From positions 155,305-219,304 of IMG/VR virus record IMGVR_UViG_3300031949_000001: a DNA stretch of 64,000 nt; one strand, given 5' to 3'. Below are positions 1 to 10,027 of this stretch, in pieces. Each line of letters opens with the position of its first letter. Position 1 is the stretch's first letter. The translations under genes and the position numbers were made by a program. The DNA comes from a virus (lineage: Duplodnaviria; Heunggongvirae; Uroviricota; Caudoviricetes). The notes below the pieces were generated by a model. That model had not been told where the DNA came from. It worked only from the letters and a program-made list of their open reading frames with translations, and searched no databases.

Positions 1-1717
1 TCGGAACGTAAATGAATTCTACAGAAAGTGTTGGCTTCAACGCAACATCGATAAACAACTGGTTTTGTTGAACAAGATTTGGTGGATTGTTTGCGGCATC
101 ACAAATCGTAGCAAAGTCTATGAGACCACGGTTAGCCATAATTACCTGAAGGAATGCATCGGTAGCTGTTTTTACTTGGTTTCTAGTCGTTTGGTCATTT
201 GGTTCAAATAGAAATGGAACCAAATTAATACGCAATTGACGAGCAACGTAAGCAACCAAACGAGAAACATTGATTCGGTCTTCGGAGCTTGCGACACCTT
301 GCGAAGTCTTTTGACCGAACAGCAATTTACCACGGTTAGGCATGTTTACAATCGGGTTGATGTTGGTGAAGTACTTGTATAGGTTAGCTTGCTGTCCATC
401 GCTCAATGCAATGGGAACAAAGGTTGTAGCTGTTCCTAGAGTGCCTGTGACGTAACCTAGATCATTTGCGTCTGGAACAATTCCGCGAGTTGTACCTGCT
501 GGGGCAAACCAAATCTGACCTTCGCTGTCGCTAATAGCCCATGTTTCAAGAGCGAAACCCGAAGCAGCAACGAAGCATGTAGCACCATCCAAGTTTGATG
601 CGATACCATGTGGATAGTAATATGCAAGACGGTTATTATGAACTCTGTTGGATGAGACATTGTCAGCCCATGTGCTGACCACATCTTCTGGATCTAGATT
701 GAATGGTGTGTCACCGATACACATAGCTTCATTTCGAATTGCGACAATAAGCGACATCAATTCGGTAACGACTTCCGGAAAACCAGGACATACAACGACG
801 TTCCATAGATAGGTATCTGAACGAATTGGTTGGTTGCTTACAATAGAAGCGCGCAAAGCAGCAACGATTGCATTTCTGCGTGCTGCATCATCTGAACCTA
901 GTGAAGTATCATTCAAGAATTCACGAGTGAACTGGAACTGAGCGGCTGCACTAACCAGAGTTTGTGCGGCTTCTGCTGGTGTCCATTCAGTTGCAACGAG
1001 GCTTCCAAGACCCAACGCGACCCATTGATCAGCAATACCAGTTAAACCGAGATATCCTTGGACTGATGGTGGCTGGTTGTATCCATTTGGAAACACCAAA
1101 AGCGGATCAGCGGTGTGATCATCTTCGAAGTCGGCTGTTGTAGTACGGAAGGAATATGAACTGTAGACATCTTCGACACATGCCGTGTGAGCGTTGGCGA
1201 GAAATTCCGCCTCTGTAAGAGTCTGCTTGTAGTTCGGATTGCCTGGGAAAAAACCGTTAACTAAGTTGTAGTTGTCAATAACAGATTGAGCAAGTGCTTC
1301 TAATAGCTCAGATGCTGAGGTAATGTGCGCACCGTAAAGAGAAAGAATTTGATTTCTTGTATCATCGGTGTTGACGAAAGCGCGGATAACGTAGGCAATA
1401 TTGATACCTGCATTGTTCAATGCTTGGTTCAACGCAAATAAGCCATATTCGTTACGACAGTCGCCGTTTAGAGGATTTCCATTGACATCTGTCAAAAAGA
1501 TTGGAAGTCCGTAAAGTTGTTCGCTCAATGTTATCGACGTAACGGTTCTAATCACGTTACTTTCATAAGTGCCAGCCGCTGGAGTGACCCCGTCAAGTTG
1601 GGTTTTTTCGTCAGCAGTCGCGATAAACAGGAGAGGAACCAGTGGCGCTGTAGCCGGAATGAAAAAAGATTGATCCGTTACAGTGACTGATACGCCTGGA
1701 GCTACTAGTTGTGCCAT
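1..1717 (-). CDS. gp18: Contractile tail sheath protein (T4 gp18-like), 3' end truncated by window edge
   Basis: Absent from the ORF track because the stop lies outside the window. Manual translation from ATG at 1717 gives MAQLVAPGVSVTVTDQSFFIPATAPLVPLLFIATADEK, the typical sheath N-terminus (xxPGVxV). SD AGGAGA upstream; adjacent to gp15. Confidence 0.9.
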   Translation of the reverse strand, partial: MAQLVAPGVSVTVTDQSFFIPATAPLVPLLFIATADEKTQLDGVTPAAGTYESNVIRTVTSITLSEQLYGLPIFLTDVNGNPLNGDCRNEYGLFALNQALNNAGINIAYVIRAFVNTDDTRNQILSLYGAHITSASELLEALAQSVIDNYNLVNGFFPGNPNYKQTLTEAEFLANAHTACVEDVYSSYSFRTTTADFEDDHTADPLLVFPNGYNQPPSVQGYLGLTGIADQWVALGLGSLVATEWTPAEAAQTLVSAAAQFQFTREFLNDTSLGSDDAARRNAIVAALRASIVSNQPIRSDTYLWNVVVCPGFPEVVTELMSLIVAIRNEAMCIGDTPFNLDPEDVVSTWADNVSSNRVHNNRLAYYYPHGIASNLDGATCFVAASGFALETWAISDSEGQIWFAPAGTTRGIVPDANDLGYVTGTLGTATTFVPIALSDGQQANLYKYFTNINPIVNMPNRGKLLFGQKTSQGVASSEDRINVSRLVAYVARQLRINLVPFLFEPNDQTTRNQVKTATDAFLQVIMANRGLIDFATICDAANNPPNLVQQNQLFIDVALKPTLSVEFIYVP

Positions 1718-1765
1718 ATTTGTTTCTCCTTAAGATCCGCTATATAGTTCAGAGATATACTCAGT

Positions 1766-1773
1766 TATTTATG
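1766..1773 (-). promoter_or_regulatory. T4-type late promoter (sheath)
   Basis: CATAAATA 49 nt upstream of the ATG. Confidence 0.7.
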
Positions 1774-1825
1774 TTTGAGTATGAAAATCGGAGGCAAATC
1801 TCAAAAAAGAAAAGCAGTAAGTGCT

Positions 1826-2620
1826 TTATTTTACAATCAAATCTTCGACCGTTTCATATAATTGGTACTCGGCACCCGAGTCGTTCAACTCATTTAGTAT
1901 TTCATGGGCGGCATTTTCTCCCCCATGAATAATTTCTCCTAAGCCAGCCAACCTGATCCATATTTGTTTAATATAATCTTGACGGAACTTTACTGGTGGA
2001 GAAATGTAAATTGGCACGTTTACTGAAAAAGTGTCAATAATCATACGTCTATCAGTTAATGAAGGATAGTTTTCTTCAAATCTTATATCATCATTCAATT
2101 GGATAATGGATATCTTAGTCCAATCAAACTCAGCATCGCTTCGTTGTATTTGTAGGTCAGGATCGAATAGCATTAGAATTTGTTCAATGATTTGAAATCG
2201 TTGATAGGTGTTGCTCGAATAGATAGAAAACTCAATTGTCGCTGTATACGGAATTGGCATGTATCGATGGATGACTTGAACACCATCAGGTAATAACACG
2301 CCCCGAGGCACAAATGACTCAGCATGTTCTTGTCCAACGAACTTTCTACGATCCGGCGCATGTTTTATACTTGTCATATAAGCGCTCATACACGGAAGAC
2401 GCATCGGCAGATTTGTTGTGTTATCACCAAGGATTGCAACCGAAACCCTATCTTTACTTCCATATTGAACTGGAACGTCAATGAAGTGTTCTTCGCCATC
2501 AGCCTGCTTTCCGGTCTTTACCTTCAGCATCTGAAATACAGCCATAACCTGAATAATATAGGTGGCTAGCTGCGCGTTGTAGAAATACGTTGGATGCGGA
2601 TTAGAGGTCGGTTCGTTCAT
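1826..2620 (-). CDS. gp15: Tail terminator / sheath stabilizer (T4 gp15-like)
   Basis: Motifs VPVQYG, LPxMS, PIPY...QIIEQILMLFDP; synteny with gp13/gp14/gp18. Confidence 0.85.
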   Translation of the reverse strand: MNEPTSNPHPTYFYNAQLATYIIQVMAVFQMLKVKTGKQADGEEHFIDVPVQYGSKDRVSVAILGDNTTNLPMRLPCMSAYMTSIKHAPDRRKFVGQEHAESFVPRGVLLPDGVQVIHRYMPIPYTATIEFSIYSSNTYQRFQIIEQILMLFDPDLQIQRSDAEFDWTKISIIQLNDDIRFEENYPSLTDRRMIIDTFSVNVPIYISPPVKFRQDYIKQIWIRLAGLGEIIHGGENAAHEILNELNDSGAEYQLYETVEDLIVK

Positions 2621-4287
2621 TTTTTCTTCTTATGTTTAGGCGCTACTTTAGTTCCGATTGGGCTTTTTCCTATTTTGTTAATAGGAACACGTCGAACATT
2701 GTCGATATAACTCTCCAAGGTAGGATTTGTGACGTTGTTGTATTTAGCGCGCTTGTCTTGTTCATACCAGAGCCATTGTCCCTTTACCACCGAAAACAAG
2801 AAAAGGATTGGTGGGATTGGATCTGGAAGCTGAAAGTATGTTTGACGATGCCAATCTCCATCATTTGGATTAGGTGGAAATTCTGGTCCTTCGGTGAATG
2901 GTTCACCATTCTTAGGAAGACCATCTTCCACATAAAGACCTCTTGGGTCTATATTCAATCTACCCAAATTTATTCCTGGTTTCTCTGCTTCCGCTTGTGC
3001 AATTTCCTCAACTGTAAATTGACGAACGTTGGCAATATCTTCGCCTTTTTCTGGTACTTCTGTATTGGCTGCTGCCCTTACTTTTTGGTCAAGGAAAAGA
3101 GCTTCGATATTGAATTTCTTATCAGTAAGATGCGCGTTGTTGTTTCTGTTCGAAGGTAAGTTCAAATTACCAAAAATAGCCATAGTTTCTTGTGTTGCCA
3201 ATGCCGGATACGCTGTAATGCGCTGCAACGTTGGAACCCATCCTGGCGTGAAGCCATCTGTAGCCCATGCTACGTCTTGAACCTCAAGATACTTTTTAAC
3301 TGATTTGAGTCCTGGTGTATATTGCGTTTCGCTTGGAACTTCGATGATATCTCCAATGACAAGTGCTCGACCCAAAATGTGAACAACAGATGAAAATGCC
3401 ACTTCTAGAATCCACGTTTGGGTATCTGAAATGTGACCACCCAACTTACCAACTTCAAGCATTGGATCGACAATGGTGTAGTATGCTTTGATCTGAAGAC
3501 TCGTTAGAGAATATGCGCGGTCTCTGTTTTCCAAGAATCCAAGTTCGTCTTGAACATCTTGGAAGCTCAAAGAGTTAAAATCGATTAATTGTAGTTTAAC
3601 AACAGCCCAAAAATCAGTCGGATTTCCATTGAACGCCAACGGTCGAATTCTCCAATAACGGGCAGGCGCAGACTGCCTGATTCGATATTGAATCGGATCG
3701 CTGGTGTTCGGAAGAGAAATGATATCGACACCATACCATAGTTTGGCATCCATAGATCGCTCGATACGAGCCTTGGAAATTCTATTTTGTGGGTCACAAC
3801 CTTGCTGAATGTTCAAGGTTGTGATATGCTCTTTAATAGACGTGTCGATTCCATAACGTACTCGTTTATTATCCAAACGAATTGGTCCGAAATCATAACC
3901 AAGATATGAACAACCGACGATGTTGTCTGCACCAAGCTGAATGCTCCTCCATTCAGAAATTGTATTGTCAAAAGCATTCGATGGTGGGAACGCATTGAAT
4001 GAGCCACTTGCAATTGGTTCGCCTTTGCCGGTCAAATCAATTAGTCTTGTTTGTTCATAGATTCCGAGAAGCTTGAAGACATTGATGTTTGCACCGGCAA
4101 TATTTAACGCCTCGGCAGCAAAATTGTTGGCGATGTTCGAATCCGCATCATTAATTAGAGAATACGTGCTTGGTGGGAGATTTAGTTCATAGACAGACGG
4201 AAGCACCGATTGCGGCGTGGCTAATGTGTCACTCGGAACAGGAGTGCTACCCGGTGTTTGAACTACCATTTTGTGATGCTTATTCAT
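2617..4287 (-). CDS. gp14: Neck / head-closure protein (T4 gp14-like) with inserted discoidin (F5/8C)-like domain and C-terminal extension
   Basis: gp14-like segments (EALNIAGANINVFKL; GDIIEVP...YLEVQDV) interrupted by about 150 aa containing PSNAFD...ARYWRIRP...WAVVKLQL. 556 aa versus 256 aa in T4. Confidence 0.75.
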   Translation of the reverse strand: MNKHHKMVVQTPGSTPVPSDTLATPQSVLPSVYELNLPPSTYSLINDADSNIANNFAAEALNIAGANINVFKLLGIYEQTRLIDLTGKGEPIASGSFNAFPPSNAFDNTISEWRSIQLGADNIVGCSYLGYDFGPIRLDNKRVRYGIDTSIKEHITTLNIQQGCDPQNRISKARIERSMDAKLWYGVDIISLPNTSDPIQYRIRQSAPARYWRIRPLAFNGNPTDFWAVVKLQLIDFNSLSFQDVQDELGFLENRDRAYSLTSLQIKAYYTIVDPMLEVGKLGGHISDTQTWILEVAFSSVVHILGRALVIGDIIEVPSETQYTPGLKSVKKYLEVQDVAWATDGFTPGWVPTLQRITAYPALATQETMAIFGNLNLPSNRNNNAHLTDKKFNIEALFLDQKVRAAANTEVPEKGEDIANVRQFTVEEIAQAEAEKPGINLGRLNIDPRGLYVEDGLPKNGEPFTEGPEFPPNPNDGDWHRQTYFQLPDPIPPILFLFSVVKGQWLWYEQDKRAKYNNVTNPTLESYIDNVRRVPINKIGKSPIGTKVAPKHKKKK

Positions 4288-4293
4288 AGTCTA

Positions 4294-7200
4294 TTAACCA
4301 AACGTAAATTCAGCAGCCATACCCCATTCTTCGAGGTTGCTATTTGCAATCCAGTCATTGATTTCCTGAAGACATCTTGTCTGTCTTTTTTCAGAGCTTA
4401 GACGTAAGTCTTGGGCGTTCAATGTAACTCCACCACCGGCTCCTGGCAATGATTGGAACTTGCCACGTACACCAGCCAAAATCAATTCAGCCTCGGAGAC
4501 TGCCCAATTGAGAAGCCATGTGTTCAAGAATCTATCTGCAAAAATATCGTTTTCTGTTCTTTCGCAAGCGCAGTCGATAATCATTGTTTCTGGTTGTCTG
4601 ATTGTTTGGAAAATATCCAATGCGTGATTCTTCTCATCCCATAGGTACATGACACGATTAGCAAACAAAATTTCCATCATCTTGATGTAATCGCTGATGA
4701 TGTGGTAACTGACCAAATCGAATGTTCCCATCTGATATAAGTGCTGTAGAACAAGTTGTCCGTATACTGCCTGACCTTCGGCTTGACCCAAGAAGGTTGA
4801 AGTACGACGGTTAATCGCCGTAACACGATGAATCGTATCGAATTGTTTGCTGATATCAGTCAAATAGTAGCGCTGTTTGTTTGGAAACACTTTCAAAAAG
4901 AAAAACTTGCGCGTATATGTAGATGAACTAAGACGACGCAATTCTTTCAATGCTTGTGTGACACAGAATTCAGCGTTCGCAGGAGTCAATTCAACTTGAA
5001 CGGATGAATATCCTAGAGCCAAAAAGACGTTTTGGACCATCTCACGCCGTTCACTCGTTTCAGCAGTTTTGCCGATACCCAACTGACGTTCTTGTGGATA
5101 ACGTGGAGGAGGATCAGAACCCGAGAAAGGAACCATTAACTTAGATGCGACGATAAGTTGATCACCATCGAAGATGAAGAATGGTTGAGCGGTTGGTGCT
5201 GTTGATGGCGGAACAACATAAATTGCTGTTCCATGACCGAGCATTCCGGTTGTCAAGTACAAATCAAATACAGTCTGAATTGGGTTTGGATTGAATGGAG
5301 CATTTGGGTCTAACGGTTCGCAATTTGCTTGCGGGACCAATGTAGCCTTGGCGATTGGAATTGCCAATACCCAAGCCGTACCATTCCATCTGAACAATTC
5401 ATCTGTTGTAGTATTGTACCACTGTGTTCCAGTGATTGGAATTGGTGGGGTTGTTGAGTAAGACAGCAATACCCAACCGGTACCATTCCACTGATATAGT
5501 TGTAATGTCGTGGAATTAATCCAGTATTCGCCTGCTGCTGGCGCGGTTGGTTGCGTTGCAAAGAAGACCGGGAAAATCTGAACCCAAACACCACCCTGGC
5601 GAATGTACCATAGATTGGTAGATGTGTTATGCCATACTACACCATCGATAATTATTGTTGGGTCAGTTGGATAGTTAATAACCGAAGTTACGATCCATTG
5701 AGAACCATCCCATATGTAGGAAATACCTGTGACTGGATTAAACCAAAACGCACCATGCGGCGAGAATTGCGGCGGCTGAGATGGATCATTTGGTTGATCG
5801 AAGAACGATGTAACTGGTATCCAAGTGCTGGTCAAAACATCCCACTCGGAAAGTGTATTTGTTGTTGTGTTCCACCACACACTCCCGGCTGGTGGATTTG
5901 CTGGATCTTTATCCCATACACGAACAGTTTGTCCAATGAAAGCAGAGCCATTCCATTGTGCGAGTTCTTCATTGCTTGGGTTGTACCAAAGTTGGTTAAG
6001 CGCTGGATTAAGCGGCTGTGTTACGGAAATTATTGCGTTGGAAACGATATCCCAAGCAGCACCGTTCCAGACTTTCACGAGGTTGTTCTTTAGATCGAAC
6101 CAATAGTCACCGATGACAAGTACATGTGGATCGGTCGGGAAAAGAATTGGGCTGACTGGAACCCAATTTCCATTAGCCAAACCGACACCATTCTTACAGG
6201 TTCCGGTTATGTCAACCCACTTGTATAGTGTGTTGTTGTTTGTATTGAACCAGTAAGAGCCGCAAGTTAGTATAGGCATTGCAGCAGGATCGGTATTCTG
6301 AATGAAAGTCAAAATCGGAATCCAAACAGTACCATCCCAAATGTATGCTTGTGTGCCATTGAACCATATCGTATCACAAGGGAACAACAATGTTGATGAT
6401 GCTCCGGTAGGTTCAGGTGGAAGAATGGTTGCTGGCTGTATAACCCAGGAAGTTCCATTCCATTGATACAACAAATTATCTACGGTATTGAACCAGAAAT
6501 CACCTACGGCTGGTGAAGCTGGTGCTATTGCTGCGGATGTTACATTTCCAACCAAGAGCAGCCAAGTAGTACCACTCCATTGATATAGGAGATTATCAGT
6601 TGTGTTATACCAATAATTCCCGACAGCAGGAGGCGGTAAAGTGCCAGAACCAACTGGTTCTGGTGGTAGAACGATTGTAGGTTGTTGTATAGCCCAAACA
6701 GTTCCATTCCATTTACCCAATTCATTCGTTGTTGTATTAAACCAATAATCGTTAAGAACTGGTGAAACCGGAGCGGTTGCTGAGGCAGTGAAATTAGTTA
6801 ATAGAACCCAAACAGTTCCATTCCATTGATATAGTTTGTTGTCTGGAACACTAACCCAAAATTCACCAATGGTAATTGTTAGCTGACCAACTGGATCGCT
6901 CCCGAGAGAGATGAAAGGAACTGGAATCCAGGCTGTGCCGTTCCACTGATACAACAAACCGTTTGTCGTGTTGACCCAATAGTCTCCGACGTTTGGAGCC
7001 GTTGGCATATTTGGATCGAAAATGTAAGACAACGGAATTAATGTGAATCCGTTCCATAGGAACAATTCTTTGGTTTGTAGATTGAAATAATAACCACCAG
7101 TGTTTGGTGGTGTGACACCAACAGCCGGATTACAAAGCAATGCGAACTGACGATTGAGTTCATCTACAAGCGCTTGCCATGTAAGAGCTACACTACCGTC

Positions 7201-8025
7201 AAAAACGATAATAACATTTGGTCTGATTCTTTCTTGTGGTCTTGTCATATCGTTTTCGTTAAACACAACATTAACGATGTTTATATCATCTAAGCCATCG
7301 AAAATCGGTCCGCAACAAGCATTGAAGTTTAGGAAATCACACCCGGTATTGCAATCCTGTTCTCTCAACACACCATCTTGTGCTGCGTACTGAGTATCCT
7401 TGTGTCTTGGCTTGTGAATAGCCAATGGGATTTGATATGTAGTTCCAGAGTGTAAGCCGGTCAAATCAGTCGGCTGAATGTTTAAATCTATTCTTTGGTG
7501 TCCTGGACAAGCAGGAGGAGGCGCTTGTGTTCCATATGTTTCGGAATAAGTGTGAACGCCTTCATAGTGATAACGAAGAACGTTATCAACAGCATAACCA
7601 CCAACATAATAAATTGTTGCTCGGTCTAGACCAGTGATGTTGAGTGATACTGTTGTTGTGTCATTGTAAAATGAACCAACGACGAATGCTGAACCAATTT
7701 TGTCACCAGCAAACAAATTTACATCTGCTGTAGGATCACCGACATATTGTTTTCCATCAACTGGAGTTGGACGTTCGAGTATAGCTTTGCCATTGACAAT
7801 ACCAGGATGTGTTCTTAGTTCCTGTGTGTCTAAAAGGATAACGATACCATAATACGCTAGCGGTGGAACCGTAGTAGGATCTGCGGCAGTTATTGGAGTG
7901 TTCCATGTGACGGTAGCAGTAGTAGGCGAAGTTCTTTTTAACGCAATCGTTATTGAACGACCTTCGTTTATAATGCGTTCCGGGGTATCAGCGTATACGC
8001 TGAAAGCTGTAGCCATCGTTCCCAC
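4294..8025 (-). CDS. gp13: Neck protein (T4 gp13-like C-terminal domain) fused to an N-terminal beta domain and about 15 Trp-rich repeats
   Basis: The last ~250 aa read VFLALGYSSVQVELT...GKFQSLPGAGGGVTLN, typical of gp13; position upstream of gp14 and gp15. Confidence 0.8.
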   Translation of the reverse strand: MGTMATAFSVYADTPERIINEGRSITIALKRTSPTTATVTWNTPITAADPTTVPPLAYYGIVILLDTQELRTHPGIVNGKAILERPTPVDGKQYVGDPTADVNLFAGDKIGSAFVVGSFYNDTTTVSLNITGLDRATIYYVGGYAVDNVLRYHYEGVHTYSETYGTQAPPPACPGHQRIDLNIQPTDLTGLHSGTTYQIPLAIHKPRHKDTQYAAQDGVLREQDCNTGCDFLNFNACCGPIFDGLDDINIVNVVFNENDMTRPQERIRPNVIIVFDGSVALTWQALVDELNRQFALLCNPAVGVTPPNTGGYYFNLQTKELFLWNGFTLIPLSYIFDPNMPTAPNVGDYWVNTTNGLLYQWNGTAWIPVPFISLGSDPVGQLTITIGEFWVSVPDNKLYQWNGTVWVLLTNFTASATAPVSPVLNDYWFNTTTNELGKWNGTVWAIQQPTIVLPPEPVGSGTLPPPAVGNYWYNTTDNLLYQWSGTTWLLLVGNVTSAAIAPASPAVGDFWFNTVDNLLYQWNGTSWVIQPATILPPEPTGASSTLLFPCDTIWFNGTQAYIWDGTVWIPILTFIQNTDPAAMPILTCGSYWFNTNNNTLYKWVDITGTCKNGVGLANGNWVPVSPILFPTDPHVLVIGDYWFDLKNNLVKVWNGAAWDIVSNAIISVTQPLNPALNQLWYNPSNEELAQWNGSAFIGQTVRVWDKDPANPPAGSVWWNTTTNTLSEWDVLTSTWIPVTSFFDQPNDPSQPPQFSPHGAFWFNPVTGISYIWDGSQWIVTSVINYPTDPTIIIDGVVWHNTSTNLWYIRQGGVWVQIFPVFFATQPTAPAAGEYWINSTTLQLYQWNGTGWVLLSYSTTPPIPITGTQWYNTTTDELFRWNGTAWVLAIPIAKATLVPQANCEPLDPNAPFNPNPIQTVFDLYLTTGMLGHGTAIYVVPPSTAPTAQPFFIFDGDQLIVASKLMVPFSGSDPPPRYPQERQLGIGKTAETSERREMVQNVFLALGYSSVQVELTPANAEFCVTQALKELRRLSSSTYTRKFFFLKVFPNKQRYYLTDISKQFDTIHRVTAINRRTSTFLGQAEGQAVYGQLVLQHLYQMGTFDLVSYHIISDYIKMMEILFANRVMYLWDEKNHALDIFQTIRQPETMIIDCACERTENDIFADRFLNTWLLNWAVSEAELILAGVRGKFQSLPGAGGGVTLNAQDLRLSSEKRQTRCLQEINDWIANSNLEEWGMAAEFTFG
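5371..7098 (-). repeat. Array of about 15 protein-level repeats G-x-[YF]-W-x-N-T-x(4)-L-Y-x-W-N-G-x-x-W with Pro-rich linkers
   Basis: Counted in the translation, e.g. GDYWVNTTNGLLYQWNGTAW, GDFWFNTVDNLLYQWNGTSW, GTQWYNTTTDELFRWNGTAW. Confidence 0.9.
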
Positions 8026-8055
8026 TCCTTTGATATTAAATTAATCTACTTAAAC

Positions 8056-8063
8056 TATTTATG
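8056..8063 (-). promoter_or_regulatory. T4-type late promoter (gp13)
   Basis: CATAAATA upstream of 8025. Confidence 0.7.
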
Positions 8064-8086
8064 CTGGACAGACTACGGGGCGGGTG

Positions 8087-8419
8087 TTAAATTTCTAAGG
8101 AATTTTTTGACAACCATTTAACCAATTTGGTGGCTTTCCAAGGGGTTTGGAATTCATCATCCGGTTCGAATTCTTTACAATCTTCGAAACGAATGTTGAG
8201 AGGTTGAGGAGTAAGGTCTTCGACGTTATCATACTGCCATTCGACTATGACAGTCTGTCCCGGCTTTAAGAGCACAGCTTTCTTATCGTCACGTTCACCC
8301 ACGATTAAGCGACAATACCTCGTTATATTGTAAGTCAGAGATTGGACGGGACATTCCCCAATGTTTTTGAGGAGTTGCTTCTTGGATTCCAAATACTCTT
8401 TGAACGACAATTTATTCAT
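8087..8419 (-). CDS. Hypothetical protein with capsid-targeting-like N-terminus (MNKLSFKEYLE)
   Basis: 110 aa ORF directly downstream of gp23 with its own AATAAATA at 8442-8449. Confidence 0.7.
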   Translation of the reverse strand: MNKLSFKEYLESKKQLLKNIGECPVQSLTYNITRYCRLIVGERDDKKAVLLKPGQTVIVEWQYDNVEDLTPQPLNIRFEDCKEFEPDDEFQTPWKATKLVKWLSKNSLEI

Positions 8420-8490
8420 AGTTGTTTCCAGTGTATGAGGATATTTATTTTGGAACCAACTCTGTGTGACAAAAACTGGAGTGTAAAAGG

Positions 8491-8515
8491 AAAAAGCCCG
8501 GAAACCGGGCTTTTT
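8491..8515. terminator. Intrinsic terminator after gp23 (bidirectional form)
   Basis: AAAAAGCCCGG-AAA-CCGGGCTTTTT perfect inverted repeat with A/T tails, 25 nt past the gp23 stop. Confidence 0.9.
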
Positions 8516-8539
8516 CGTTGTTGCTTTGCCTACTTCTGA

Positions 8540-9991
8540 TTAAGCAAACGTCAGATTAGTAACATTTATTTTTGCGTAATAATCGGCGCTGTTGCCCAAG
8601 CTAGTGGTTTTACTTAAAAATGCTGTCTTTCCGTAACGAGTCATCAAGCTGACAACTGGCTGGAACGTTGCTGGGTTAATAACAACGCCGCTGCTCATCA
8701 ATGGAATGTAAGGACAGTAAAAATATCCTACGTCCAATTCACCATTGCCACCCTTATAGCCCATAAGAATTGTATCGTTACCAGTGTTTAGACCGGCTGC
8801 GGTTGATTCTGTTGGGTTGACTTGGTTCCAGAGGTAGCTGTAAACCTTTACTGTGCCGTTTAGTGTACCAACCAACATTGAGTTGTTTGGACCCTTGAAG
8901 GCGCCTTGGATTGCTGGTGCGAAGACCGACTTGGTTGCGACCTGTAGGACGGAAACAATCATTGGTGAGCAAACCATAAAGTTTGCAGCGCCACGACGAG
9001 TCTTACGAGCAACTTCGTTTGCAACCCACATAACTTGCGCACCGAGGTTCGCAAAGCGGTCACCAACGAATGTTGGGTGGTAGTAACCTGGAGCAGCAGG
9101 TAGTGAACCATCGAACGTGCCGACTGTACCAGCGATGGTAATCAAGTCTGCTAGGATTTCGTTGTCGATTTCCTGAACGATGTGAGCGGATAGTGCTGTG
9201 GTCATTTCGTTTTCTAAATCTAGACCGTGCTGGGCTTGCATGTCCTGCATAGCTTCGATGGTCCATGATGCCTGCAACTTACGTGTACCAGCTTCAACAG
9301 CCTGGGAAACGATTTCTAGAGACATCTGACGACCACCTGAGCCTTCTAGCATGCCACCACCACCACCGTATAGTGAACCACCAACACTAACGCCGTTTAG
9401 AGCGGAAGCACCAGAAGCTGTGTATGCGGTTGAAGTGAAGCCTGCGTTTGCTGGCCAAGCGTAGCCTTGTGCTGTTGTATTGTCGATACTTGGGTCAAAA
9501 GATGTAGTATCGAAACCTGCTGGATCAAAACCGCCTGCGCCTGCTGGCTGACCCTTAGGGTTGGTAATACCGTCACCGGCTGCACCTGAGTAGAATCGAC
9601 GTAGTGCATTTACGTTGCCAAAGGCTTCGCTATCTACACCGACGTTAATTGCACCTGATGGTGTATCCCATGCAGCAATTGAGCCACCTGGAACACTTTG
9701 GTTATACTTGTAGCGTAGTGAGTAAACTAGTCCTACTGGACCACTCATTGGCTGAATACCGACGATTTCTGTGGCAATTGTGCCTGGGATGATACGACGA
9801 ATCATCGGAATCAAAATCTTACGGAAGCCAGCGATGGCTGTCGTGTCTGTTGATCCGGTTGCTGCCGTTTCATTTAGCAGATGCTGCTTTTGGTTTTCGA
9901 GAAGCTTGTCAACGAGACCCTTCTTGTGTGGTTCTAGACCTTCTAGCAAAGCACCCTTAATTTCACCCCAATTTTCAAATAGTTCCTTCAT
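8540..9991 (-). CDS. gp23: Major capsid protein (T4 gp23-like)
   Basis: IPMIRR...EIVGIQPMSGPVGLVYSLRY, RKLQASWTIEAMQDMQAQHGLDLENE, FYCPYIPL, MTRYG. Probable gp21 cleavage at LLNE|TAAT. Confidence 0.97.
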   Translation of the reverse strand: MKELFENWGEIKGALLEGLEPHKKGLVDKLLENQKQHLLNETAATGSTDTTAIAGFRKILIPMIRRIIPGTIATEIVGIQPMSGPVGLVYSLRYKYNQSVPGGSIAAWDTPSGAINVGVDSEAFGNVNALRRFYSGAAGDGITNPKGQPAGAGGFDPAGFDTTSFDPSIDNTTAQGYAWPANAGFTSTAYTASGASALNGVSVGGSLYGGGGGMLEGSGGRQMSLEIVSQAVEAGTRKLQASWTIEAMQDMQAQHGLDLENEMTTALSAHIVQEIDNEILADLITIAGTVGTFDGSLPAAPGYYHPTFVGDRFANLGAQVMWVANEVARKTRRGAANFMVCSPMIVSVLQVATKSVFAPAIQGAFKGPNNSMLVGTLNGTVKVYSYLWNQVNPTESTAAGLNTGNDTILMGYKGGNGELDVGYFYCPYIPLMSSGVVINPATFQPVVSLMTRYGKTAFLSKTTSLGNSADYYAKINVTNLTFA

Positions 9992-10027
9992 GTGAACTGC
10001 TCCTTTTTTAATTGGTTGTTGTTGTAG

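Noticed and set aside
457-684. 75-aa ORF listed in the track
   Set aside because: Out-of-frame shadow within the sheath gene, which the track missed because it runs off the window.
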